64,000 nucleotides of DNA from Octopus vulgaris (lineage: Eukaryota): the NCBI GenBank assembly GCA_951406725.2, contig OX597820.1, forward strand, positions 47,368,001 to 47,432,000, given 5' to 3'. Position 1 is the first letter of the stretch. Every line of letters starts with the position of its first letter. The notes below the pieces were generated by a model that was not told the DNA's origin, did not search any database, and worked only from the letters and a program-made list of their open reading frames with translations. Below, piece by piece: positions 51,428 to 64,000 of this stretch. A program made the translations under genes and the position numbers.

Positions 51428-52357
51428 TATATATATATATATATGAGCGTCAAACTAATACAGCTGTTTGTTGTTTATACACTTGTCTCCGTCTTTTGTT
51501 TTTCTGTAAATTTCAACTATATGTGTGAGTGTGTGTGTTGTGTGTTTGTGTGTGTGTGTGTGTGTGTGTATGTGTGTGTGGTGTGTGTGTGTCACTCGGG
51601 TTCGTCACAGATTTCGTCATTCGAACTCCTCATCACAGATTTCGCATAAGACATACACCTGCTGAAGAATTTCACGTTTTTCCGTAATATTTCTAGCACT
51701 ATGTCTTTCTCGATTTCTAAGTTAACGGTTAAAAAATCCAACCCTGCAAAACACAATTGATCATTCATTACACACAGGCGCACAGAACGACAGCGATTAA
51801 AATAACGACAGCGGAATGCACAACAAACATCAGCGATCTGACTGTTACCTGTTCTCTTGACAAGAGATGCCAGTTAGTCTTTTATTCCTACTAGGCTCGT
51901 TCATATTGGCACAAATTGCTGGATAATTTTCTGTTCCTTTAAGATTATAGTAGAACGGAAACTTTTCATAGACTGGAGTTTAAATCCTAACCTCAATAGA
52001 AATTTATTGTTTCTTGAAAAAAATTGAATTTGAATTACTTTTAATTTTTATGATTACTGGATAACAATTCGGGCTGTAACTTCTGAGCCCGTGTCAGGCG
52101 CATATGAACGATGTCGGGAGAACGTCTGCTACGAATGATATATTTTTTTACATAGGGCATCTCTAAGACGATCGCCAAACGCTGAACGAAAGTAAACTGC
52201 GACCAGGCTCAATAAAAGAAGCCCGAGTTATTGGCTACAAATACACACTTGTATAGTCAGTGTTGGCAGAAATTAAATCGGCTCGCAAATACACGTTCAC
52301 TTTACTAAATTTATACTCGGGCTAAGCCTGACAGCTCGCGTTGCGGAGTCGTCACTG

Positions 52358-52457
<100 letters not shown>

Positions 52458-52469
52458 CTGCATATGAAC

Positions 52470-54010
52470 ACAACCCTGACAGAAGTAAATAGACACACTT
52501 ATAATCGTTAAAATTTATTTAGATCTGAAATAATACATTTAAATTATTTATTAATTGTTATAATGTGAATATTTAATGTTTAGTAGACATGGCTCAGTGG
52601 TTAGAGCGTCGAGCTTACGATCGTGAGGTTGTGAGCTCGAATCCCGGAACGGGCTGCGTGTTGTGTTCTTGAGCAAGGCACTTTATTTCACGTTGCTCCA
52701 GTTCACTCAGATGTAGAAATGAGTTGCGACGTCACTGGTGCCAAGCTGTATCGACCTTTGTCTTTCCCTTGGATAACGCTGATGGCGTGGAGAGGGGAGG
52801 CTGGTATGCATTGGCGACTGCTGGTCTTCCATAAGCAACCTCGCCCGGACTTGTGTCTAGGAGGGTAACTTTCTAGGTGCAATCCCATGGTCTGTGTCGT
52901 GACCGAAGGGGGTCTCCGAGTAGACATGACTCTTGCATTTTTTTTAATGCAAGGACTCTATTAGACATGTTACTAATCAGATGACAAATATTCTCTTGCA
53001 GTATTTCTTGCCAAGTTTCATGCAATAATCTCAAAAGATCTGACTTTGAAGATGCTTTCTTGTTTTTTTATGAAGTTTCCTGTCGATTATGTCCCGGAAG
53101 TGTTCAATAGGGTTCATATTTGATGACTGGCTTGGCCATGGAAGCTTTTTAATTCCATTCTCATACTTTGGGTCATTTTAACCGTGTGACAAGGAGCACC
53201 GTGTTCCATAAATAAAGAGTCTTCTTTCAGCACTTCACCACAGGAAAAGATTGGAAGGAATCCTTTCTGCAATATGGACATTTTTTTAAGGTTTATGCTT
53301 CTCTCATACTCCACCAGCTCTGATTGACCATTGCTACAAATTGCTTCCGAGACCATCACAGAATAGCTGCCATATTTCACTGTTAGCTGCAATATTTTCA
53401 CCTCAAATTCTTGATCTCAGAGTTTCCAGACCCACACTCGACCACTGTCAGAAAATGTAGCAAATCTAAACTCATTGGAGAATATGACAGTGTCCCAAAA
53501 TGCTAGTGACCTCTCGACCATCTCGCTGGCCCAATCTTTTTCTCTACTTGATATTGGCTGGTCAAAGGCGTTGCTTCCTTCTTGCAGTACTGCCATGGTA
53601 ACCAAGTTTGTGGAGATGCCTGACAGTTGTTCTGGGACTGACATCAACTTGTTCTGTTATGTCAGTGGCCTTGCAACGAGGATTATCCTCCACACTTCTC
53701 TTAACAAAGAGAAGGGTCCTGTTAGAGAGTCCTGGTCAGCCTGGGCGAGGTGATGTGGACTTCTTCCCCTCTCTGGTGAATTGCACAATCACTCTATTAA
53801 CTGTAGAAAGTGGGACCTTCAGATTGACCTACAAGATGGTCTCTTTGAAACTCAAGCAGTTCCAAGGTTTCTTCTGTACATGGCATGATTAAACAGTCAC
53901 ATATAGAATCTGAAACATAAAAAATGTCAATTAATAAAAAATATAAACATTATAAATTAGAATAAATATAAACGATGTTTTATGGGGTGTCTATTTACTT
54001 CTGTCATGTG
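52470..54010 (-). mobile_element. Decayed Tc1-family transposon with TIRs
   Basis: WDTVIFSNEFRF, TVKYGSYSVMV, FMEHGAPCH, WPSQSSNMNPIEH (decayed DD34E motifs); tgacagaagtaaatagacac at ~52477 is inverted at ~53987-54006. Confidence 0.85.
52592..52918 (+). mobile_element. tRNA-derived CORE-type SINE nested in the Tc1 element
   Basis: A box tggctcagtgg, B-box-like gctcgaatcc, gtgttcttgagcaaggcacttt; agtagacatg duplicated at 52582-52591 and 52919-52928. Confidence 0.88.
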
Positions 54011-54039
54011 TGCGTTCGTATACACTTATACACACACGT

Positions 54040-54083
<44 letters not shown>

Positions 54084-54146
54084 ACACACACTCACACACA
54101 CACACACACACACACACATACATACATACATACATACATACATACA

Positions 54147-54179
<33 letters not shown>

Positions 54180-54341
54180 TTATATATATTTCCTAGCAGA
54201 TATTCATACATACATGCGCACACCCACATAATACACGTACACACATGCATACATATATACATCCATCCATCCATCCATCCATCCATCAATCCATCCATCC
54301 ATCCATCCATCCATCCATCCATCCATCCATCCATACATACA

Positions 54342-54372
<31 letters not shown>

Positions 54373-55664
54373 GTTCATGCATACATACTTATAAACAGCA
54401 CATTTGCCATTAAATACGTAAATGAAAATTAACATATTGACGGAACATCCTGAATAAAACATTTATCCATAATGGTTAGCAGCGCTGCAGATAGGAGGGA
54501 ATATCTCTCCCAAATTCAGCGAGGATGGGAATGTTTAAGAACAGTTGCTCCGAAATCTGCAGCTTCTTCATAATTAATATAGATTCACATTTATAATTAT
54601 AATTATTCGTGCTCTTAGTTACGTTAGCAAAAGTGACAATGTGGAAAAGTAGGATTTTCAAACAAAGAACTATGTTTTTTAACCATGTTAGAATATGTGT
54701 TTGTAGGAATTCTTGGTTAGCAGTTGCGATTGAAACATTCTTTACAGCAAATTGTCGTGACCGAAATTTGAATTCCCACTTACAAAACTTGACTTACTGT
54801 TTAATTTAATTAAAATCACTTGGTGTGTCAATTTCTCACTGACGCGTGAGCAACATTATCAGCAGTAGATCAACATTAACGAAGTCTTATGTTAAACAGG
54901 AGGAGATAGTAACAGAGAGAGAGGGAGAGAGAGACATAGAGAGAGAGAGGAAGGAAGAGAAACAAAGAATAATAGACAGAAAGAGAGAGATAGAATGAGA
55001 AAGAAAAGAATGGTAAAGATTCGAACTAGCAAAGCTTTCAATTCGTAGCAGGACGAAGAGTTAAGACAAAAAATTCAGCACTGTGGTGGTAGCGGAGAAA
55101 AGGCGAAAGAAAAGCTACATACGACGAAAGTGTGTGTGTGTGTGTGTGTGTATGTGTGTGTTTGTGTGCGTGCACAGATATGAGTAGGACTTTGATATGC
55201 AAATATATATGTGTTTTCATCAACGCATATGCGCACGTATACACATACAGACTCTCTTCCTCTCACCTGCACATATACACGCACATATACATATATTGAC
55301 ATGTACATATGCATAAATAAACCGAGGTGCGGATACTGAAGATTACCAAATCAATATGGAATCACTGATCATTGCGCAGGATCGAGCATTACGACTTCAA
55401 TAATGGCAACTTTATCCTAAAAACATAATGGATTTTCTCTTTCTTAGTGGTAGTCGTACATAGTACATCATACTTACTCCCTCCTCTCTCTTTTCTATCT
55501 CACTCCACTTATACATACATACATACATACATAAATACATACACACACACGCACACACACATACATACATACATACATACATACATACATACATACATAC
55601 ATACATACATACATAGACTACAGATTTAAACCATCACTTGAACTGTACAAATTTGTAAGACATC

Positions 55665-55826
55665 TGAGTTCAAATTCCGCCGAAGTCGACTTTGCCTTTC
55701 ATCCTTTCGAGGTCGATAAATTAAGTACCAGTTACGCACTGTGGTTGATGTAAGCGACTTAATTCCTTTGTCTTTCTTTGTTTTCCCCTCTATGTTTAGC
55801 CCCTTGTGGGCAATAAAGAAATAAGA
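55665..55826 (+). mobile_element. SINE family B fragment
   Basis: Matches 56519-56677. Confidence 0.8.
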
Positions 55827-56469
55827 AGTTTATCATTTAAGTATATATGCGCATGTCTAGACATGCAATTATATGCATGAGATACTTACGTAAAACAAAA
55901 CATATAAATCTGCATAAGCACTGACTCCAAGTATTGCACTATACATACATGCACAATTACCCTGTTGTTGAAATTCCAATGAAGGAGCCTTGGATTTAGG
56001 TTAGAAACCGGTTCCTTCACTATTAGCAAGAAATCTTGAAATATAACAGAATGACGACCATACATACATACATACATACATACATACATACATACATACA
56101 TACATACATCAGTTCATCCATACATCAGTTCATCCATACATCAGTTCATCATTGAAGTAGATATGTACATGTCTAGACATGCAACTATATGCATGAAAGT
56201 ACACACATAAAACAAAACATGCAAATCTGCACATGTACGGATTCCAAATACTGCACATAAACACACATACATGCAAAGATGCAAATATGCACATGCGCTG
56301 ATTGCGTATATACATACAAATCTCCACATGCACTGACTGCATATATACATACATGCATGTAATAGTATCCTGTTGGTGTTGTTGAAATTTCAATGACTGA
56401 ACTTGGGATCTTCATTAAAAACCGGATCCTTCACTACTGCATACATACATGCATACATACATAAATATA

Positions 56470-56677
56470 AGGCGGCGAGCTGGCAGAAGCTTAGCGGTAT
56501 TTCGTCTGTCGTTACGTTCTGAGTTAAAATTCCGCCGAGGTGGACTTTGCCTTTCATCCTTTCGGGGTCGATAAATAAAGTACCAGTTTCACACTGGGGT
56601 CGATGTAATGACTTAATCCGTTTGTCTGTCCTTGTTTGTCCCCTCTGTGTTTAGCCCCTTGTGGGTAGTAAAGAAAT
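56470..56677 (+). mobile_element. SINE family B
   Basis: ggcggcgagctggcagaa head through cccttgtgggtagtaaagaaata. Confidence 0.85.
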
Positions 56678-57548
56678 ATACATAAATACATACATGCACA
56701 CATCCATCCATCTATCCATCCATCCGTCCGTCCATCCATCCATCCATCCATCCATCCATCCATCCATCCATCCATCCATCCATCCATACATACATACATA
56801 CATATCCCACCATATATATTAGTTGTATAACATGACAGACCAAGGGTATTTCTTAGTCCGTTTTTTTTAAACCAGTATTCATTCTGCGTTTCAGTGTCGA
56901 TTATGTACAGTATCAGTCAAGTACTAGGGTCAATAGCATCGATTTAATCCTTTTGTCCGTCCTTGTTTGTCTTCTCTATGTTTAGCTCCTTGTGGGTAGT
57001 AAAGAAATATATATATTAGTTGTATAACATGACAGACCAAGGGTATTTTTTAGTCTGTTTGTTTTCCAGTATTCATTCTGCGCATGTCATCTTTGCCTTT
57101 CATCGTTTCAGTGTCGATTATGTACAGTACCAGTCAAGTACTAGGGTCAATAGCATCGACTAAACCCCATCCTTCTAAAATTACTGACTTTCTACCTAAA
57201 TTAGAAACCATTATTTATTTGTCAACAGGAATTTGACGAATTCGAAAGTGTCCCCCCCCTCTCCGGATTAATAACCGTAACATAGATTCTAAGCCTTATA
57301 ATTTACGGTCTAAGGGAAATAAATTTTTATTCTCTTTTTGCTTCGTTTTGATTTCCTTTTCGTCTTCCTGTTTTTCAATCTTTCACCTTTTGTATATAAT
57401 TCCTTCTCGCCTTTTCTCGTTTTTTTTTCTCGTCCCATCTTCAGTTCGTTATGCCATGTGGGCACTGTCTGATGATTATGCTTGGACACCAAACGCGTCA
57501 AAAAACACTATTTGACATGTTCTCAGCACATGAAACTGATAGTAGCAC

Positions 57549-57646
<98 letters not shown>

Positions 57647-57975
57647 AACACAAATATATGTACATGTATTCACCAAGGTAGAGACTGATTGTGATTTTGA
57701 GGTTTCTGTTTAGTTGACTTCGAAGTTACTGTCAACCTTTTCCATGTAAAAACAAAATAAATGTATTCTTAAAGAAAGTGAACCTTCAGCTAATATTTTT
57801 TTACGTACATACATAACTATATATAAAAAGAAATATTAATATGTATATGTATATATGTATACATATATGTATGAATGAATGTATGTTTGCATATGTATAT
57901 ATATATATACATACAAACATATATTCATCCATACATATATGTATACATATATACATATACATATTATATTAATAT

Positions 57976-58036
<61 letters not shown>

Positions 58037-59462
58037 TATATGCATATATAAGAACAGTTCTACTTCTTTCTTCTTGGTGCATATACTGTGGTTACAATTA
58101 ACTGTAATCAACTAGTAGAAATTGTGCTGTTTGTAATGAACGGTACATGTTCTTAAGTATACTTCTGCTGTGTGCATTGCTGCCACTTATGTAAGGGTGA
58201 ATGTATTTGTGTGTGTGTGTGTGTACACGCGCACGTGTGTATGTGTGTTCGCGTGCGCATTGTCTGTTTGTATGTTATGTGTACTATGTAGTATATATTT
58301 GTTATACATTTGGTATTGCTCGCCTTGCATGTGTGTCCTGTATATGTATGTATTATGCGAAGCCATTACACTATTTTGTTTGCCTGCTTGCCTGTATATA
58401 TGTATGTATGTATATATGGATGTGTACGTACGCTTGCATGTATGTTTGTTTACATTTGTCGTAGTAAATCAGTCAACTATAGACAAGAATGTCCCTTAAT
58501 TAACAATGTTGTTTTATAACATACACTATGGTGTATATCGATTATCACATAAAAGATACGACTGCATTCACTATCAACCTCTAAGCCTTTCGTTCTTTGC
58601 TATCTTTTTTACTGCTCACTGTAAGTTCTTAATCTCTCCATGTTCAAGCTAACGATTGAACCATTAAATTTATCTGCTAACAATTAAAAAGCTCGCTAAC
58701 CATCAAAACTAACCAACCACAAAACGACTAATTACTGATTTGTTTTCTAAGAGTCTAAAACATCTGAGTAGAATTGTTAATAAGAATATAATTTCAGACT
58801 GATATCGTCATTTTTAATGTATATGTGTAATGTATTTATATATCGATATTGTGTTCCTGTATCCGATCGAAATCAGATTTGATATTCTTGGATAGGGACA
58901 TGGTCCTAGACCGGATATGAACTGGAAACCAGTTCACGTAACAATGATTTAATGGGATAAAGTCATTGCTATCCTCAGTATATAAATATAAATCTTCATA
59001 GTTTGAATCCACTGTGGCACTTTATAATTATACAGAAAAAGACACCTGAAAACATTCGGAGATCGAAATAAATGAAACGATGAAAATATAGACACTAAAA
59101 ATAAGGCTCTTCAGCAAATACTTCTAATATGAAAATTTTCATTTCCCGTTTGTAGTTCATCCCACAGTATGAAGACGTAGCGTTAACAAGTAAGTAAATC
59201 TGTTTGTCTTCAAATGTCCATTTTACATACACATGCGTGCAGTTTCGGTGCTTTCACTGCGTTCAAGTTGATTCCGGCTTTTCTTTTTGGCTGGAGCATG
59301 TGTTGGAGATAAACGGTCAGAATAGGTTTTCCAATGGGTAGAAATATTAATTTTTTAGTGGAGATTATTAAACTATTTATTTAGTAATTTAATTTCATGT
59401 TATAAATTATTAAGGATGTTTGAGTTGTGTTTATATGTATATGTGTGTGCGCGCGTGTGTAT

Positions 59463-59628
59463 GATGGGCTTCCATACAGTTTCCGTCTATCACATTTACT
59501 CACAAGGCTTTTTGGTCGCCCTGGGGCTATAGTAGAAGACATTTACCCAGGGTATCATGCTGTAGGACTGAAACTGGAACCATGTGGTTAGGAAGCAAAT
59601 TCCTTAACACGCAACCACGCCTGCACCT
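59463..59628 (-). mobile_element. SINE family A, 5' half
   Basis: Similar to 43325-43485. Confidence 0.8.
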
Positions 59629-61242
59629 TTATATATGCCTGTAAGTGTGTAAGTGTGTGTAGAGAAGTGTGTGTGTGTGTGTGTATCTGTATAAGTATGC
59701 ATAACTCTGACCAAATTGGCCCATGTATATAAATGGAGACACGTGTGCGCATACATGTGGTTGATCCTCAGGTTTTGCATCTGGAAAATTCCTCTTCAGG
59801 GCGCAAACCTGGGCTAAATTATTTATTTGCAGAACATTGGCAGTTGCCCATGCATGCACACTCTCTTTTTCCATACCACCGTTGTTTGCTAAAGGAATGG
59901 TCAGACGATATAACTCAGCTGCAGTGTCATCACAAGTGTTACTGTCGGAATACAAGGAACCGGAACCAATACCGCAATGCGTTCTGTGGAATAATAAATT
60001 TTTATGAACTTCGAAAAGAGGAATGGTAAAGTTAGCCTCTGTGGGATTTGAACCCAGAGCACAGAGACTTGAAAGAAATACTGCTGAGCATCCTAGTTGA
60101 TGCTCTAACGACTGTGCCAGTAAGTTAACCTGTTAACTGAATTATCTACGTTTCTGAAAAAGGACTCAAGTTATTAAATGAAAGCACTTAATTTAGTAGT
60201 CTGTTGTAATTCATAGAAGAGGGAGATAGAGAGAGGGAGAGAGAAAAAGAGAGAGAGAGAAGGGAAAGAAAAAGTGAAAGAGAGTGTGTGCATGCGTGAG
60301 AGAGAAAGAGAGTGTGTGTGTTTGTGTATATGAGAGAGAGTGTGAGAGAGAGAGTGTGTAAGAGAGAGAGAGAGAGGAAAATAAATAGATAGAGGGTGAG
60401 AGAGAGAGAGTGTCTGTGTGAAAGAGAGTGTGTGTATGTAAGAGAGAGAGTGAGAGAGAGTGAAAGAGAGAGAGAGGTAGAGAGAGATGTCGTTGTTGTA
60501 GTACATACCGTGATTGAGAGCTTATTAAACAAAGGAAAGAAGGAAGGCTTGACATGTGAGGGAGGCGAGAGGGATGAATGATATGAAGAGGGAGGGAGGG
60601 AGCGATGCATATTATAGCAAGTGGGAGGGAGGGAGCGATGCATATTATAGCAAGAGGGAGGGTAGAAACAGATCAATTGATTACATTGTATAGAATAAAC
60701 TATTGTTATCCGTTCGGAATGAAAAAATAATTTTGAAATTTGAATAACAAATTCAGAGAGTGGCAAAGGTTGTTTTTAATATGTCAAAAAGCAATGTTAG
60801 ACATTAGTACAATAAAATCTATTTTGATTATAATAGAAAATAAAAATAAAAATCATAAACATTCGTTAGCTCTGTCTCATTGGTGAGGTATGGTTATGTC
60901 CACTGTTTTAATAAAGTTAATTATGTAGGGTCACCCATTTTAAGTTATAAAGAAAACGAATAAATAAATAAATAAATATTTTGAAAATTACTTGGTATGA
61001 ATCGAATTTACATATTCATGGAGGTTGATTATCGATACATTCCGATTACCAATAACTTTCTACTCTCCCTAATAAGGATTCAGTTAGTATGTAATTTATA
61101 ATTTAACATTTAAATTTTGAAAATTACTCGTGATGGCAGTTAAAATTCTGTGGTTTACGATAAATCTTAGGTCAGATTAGTTAAGTATGAACCCGATATA
61201 GTTTAATGAGGGAAAAATGATGAAATGTTAGTGTGTTATAAT

Positions 61243-61392
61243 TAGTGGCAGCGTGGTAAGAATTTTGCTTTTTAAACACTTGTTTCCGGGTTCAGTTCCA
61301 CTGCGTGAAATCTTGGATGATCTTTTGTTGTAGATCCTGGCCGACCAAAGTCCTGTAAGTGGATTTGATAGATGGAAACTGAAATAATTCCA

Positions 61393-61440
<48 letters not shown>

Positions 61441-61655
61441 GTGTGTGTGTGTGTCTTTGTGTTTACTCTCCACCTCCGGTTCACAATTGGTGTTGGTTTA
61501 TTTACGTCCCGTTAACATAGCGGTTCAGTAAAAGAAACGGATAGAATAAGTACTAGACTTTAAGCACTAGGATCGCTTTGTTCAATTAAACCCTTCAGGG
61601 TGGTGCCCTAGCATGACATCAGTCCAATGAATCAAACAAGTTAAAGATAAAAGCA
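61243..61655 (+). mobile_element. SINE family A, diverged
   Basis: Reverse-complement similarity to 43052-43490 along its length. Confidence 0.8.
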
Positions 61656-62296
61656 AGAATACGGACGGGGTTGTTTGAGAATATTAAATATCCAGAAAAG
61701 GATAGAAAGAAAATTTCAGAGCAGAAATGAACGACATAACGGTGATATTTCAAGAAAGACAGAACGGTTAAGGTCAAGATTAGTGAACCATGTCTATGCG
61801 ATCATATTAGTATACAATCAGTTGAGCTCGAACACAAACCGTGTTAGATATCTAATTCAAAATCAATATAATCATAAATAATCGAAATCAATAACGAATA
61901 TGATATAATGGGGAAGAAATTGACTATATTTTGTTTGATGAAGTTAAAATGAGGTTGTTAAAATTGAAATAATTGATAAAAATGAGTAATAATATAGATA
62001 AAATTGAATAATGAATTAGATAGTATTTGAAAAATATATGAATAATCAAAACGTGATTAAACATACAGGCAATGTGTGCATGAACATGTCCAGTCCATGT
62101 GCAGAACCGAATTATTGTAAAATATTCCTTTAGTGAGGCTGCTGGAATTGGTTAAAAGGAGCGAGAAAATAAGACATCATAAGTGAGATTCTTATATAAG
62201 ATCAGAAATAATATTCATATGTCAGAGTAAATATGAATAATTTTAAACAATGTTGAAGGAAATAGAGATAAAGTTTCTTTCTGAATCATATAAACT

Positions 62297-62423
62297 CGTG
62301 GGACCGGTTTCCCGGTTTCTCTGGCGCGTATATATTCCCCACCTGGACGGGACGCCTGCCCATCGTAGGTTTACTCATTTTTGCCAATTGAGCGGAATGA
62401 AGCAATATGAAATGAAGTATTTA
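62297..62423 (-). mobile_element. 3' fragment of another SINE family
   Basis: GC-rich island ending in gcaatatgaaatgaagtattt, similar to the reverse complement of the CORE-like segment at 52678-52700. Confidence 0.5.
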
Positions 62424-64000
62424 CAACCTTTGCCTCTGTTACTATTGTCTACAATTTCATACCAGCAAAAACGAAGTCGGCCTATTCTGTACACTTTGAG
62501 AGCTACAAATTAACTATATTCAACCATTAAAAAAACTGTTCTATTTCGAATGAATATCTCACTATAAAATATGGCTAACTTCTGAAACCGGTTGAATATT
62601 TTCTGCTTCTTATGGTTTTCTGTTCAATATTTCTTATTTCTTATTTCATTTCAATTTCTTTAAACTAATTAACAATGACTTGATTCACTCACATTATCCT
62701 TTTTGCCTATTTCTGGGACTAGTATAATATTTTCTGCTTCTTACAGTTTTTCAGTCCAACATTTTCTTATTGCAATGATGCTAATGATAATTCGATCCAC
62801 TCACTTTATAATTTTTATCTATCCTGTTATTGTCAGATAAGTTTGGCGTGGGATTAGCATATTTAATGTATGAAGCATAGAAAACTAATTAGGAGCAAAT
62901 ATAATTTGAGAGAAAAATATTAGTGGATAATTAACATATTTACTGTTGTATTTCTACAAGTGATAGTTTTATACAGGAAAGTATGGTATCTGAATAATTT
63001 GTGAAAGCGTTATAGCTTGAATCACTTTAGAAATACAGAAGCAGTGTATTTAGTCCTGTGAAAAAGTAGAGCCGCTTAATTTATATTTTCAGATACCGGC
63101 TACATTTATACAATAGGTATGTGAGTACCAATGCATAAACATAGTGGAATACATAGACACATAAACACACACATACACACACACGAATGTTGCAGTTTGT
63201 AAACAAAAAAAGAGAGTCCTCATTATAAGCTGCTGAGTATATCCATAAATTAACTGAATTCTTTCTTCTCGCCTCAAATTTCACGCCAATGCGATCTTCC
63301 AGTCCTAGTTTTTTTTCGATATTTGAAGCTGGTTGGTTTTATATACATGAAATCAATGTATTCTCCTATGTGCAGCTATCATTTTGACTGTATAAATTCT
63401 AAATATTATTTTAACAAGATGATGTGTTTCTGTTTTTGCTCTGTTGTTGCAATTTATTAGCTAATCTAGAGTGCTTTCGATATAATTTCCATTTCCTCTT
63501 GATTGCCATTTGTGATCATTGCTTAATTTGTGCCTTCTTGATAATTGGCGTGTTGTCACTTTTCATTGACCAATTCAACGGTTGGTTTGTCCCTGTCGAC
63601 TTCATTATTACATCCGGTTTCACCAAAATTGTTAGTCTTTATTGCATTAGATGTCGTCAAATTGTTATTCTGTATTAACTCTATAAGACGTTTGATGTTA
63701 GAATTAATTATGTTACTCTTTTGTGTTATGTCCGTTATTTTCTAAATTGACTATGTAGAGGTTCTGCCAGTGATTATAGTATCTGGTGCCTCTTATTTGA
63801 TATTCTTATCAGTTCGTAAATTTGTTAGTCACTTTGTTCCGTTATAGTCAGCATTAGCCCCCCTTCACTGCAGTTTCCAAATAATCGGATATTTTGCAAA
63901 CGGACCAGTTTTTAAAAATGAATTTTCTCCGCTGACTTGCAAAGTTATCATCTAATTTATTCGGCTGAAGAAGCATATTTGAAACCAAATGATGTTACAC

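Noticed and set aside
56812-57160. ~195-bp local duplication
   Set aside because: Ordinary tandem duplication of SINE-B-derived sequence.
59629-60029. Overlapping ~100-aa ORFs in non-repetitive sequence
   Set aside because: No family motif and no convincing splice-site pair.
63081-63745. Possible LINE ORF1 relic (LEDR...RRKN..IYG echo, minus strand)
   Set aside because: Too short and frameshifted to support.

Overview
AT-rich, microsatellite-dense metazoan DNA. The repeat content (tRNA-derived CORE-type SINEs, very long TA/TACA/AAT tracts) resembles octopus/coleoid cephalopod; this is inferred, not confirmed. I recognise no intact host protein-coding gene, and most ORF-track entries are translations of simple repeats. 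The window is a nested transposable-element graveyard: RTE, Tx1/L1-like, CR1-like, R4/Dong-like and Penelope-like retroelement remnants, mariner and Tc1 relics, four Helitron copies, many SINEs and two decayed tRNA genes. The standout is a near-perfect array of ~4.8 copies of a non-coding 505-bp unit (19687-22114). Each unit carries a minus-strand type I hammerhead ribozyme, the array is embedded in (TA)n, and it is capped by an inverted partial copy, i.e. a retrozyme / Penelope-pLTR-like system. It lies inside a 10.3-kb element with ~265-bp terminal inverted repeats and an 8-bp target-site duplication (18234-28575) that interrupts an older LINE. Several unrelated hammerheads lie nearby (15867, 23973, plus relics). 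All protein-family assignments come from motif recognition by eye, with no database search.
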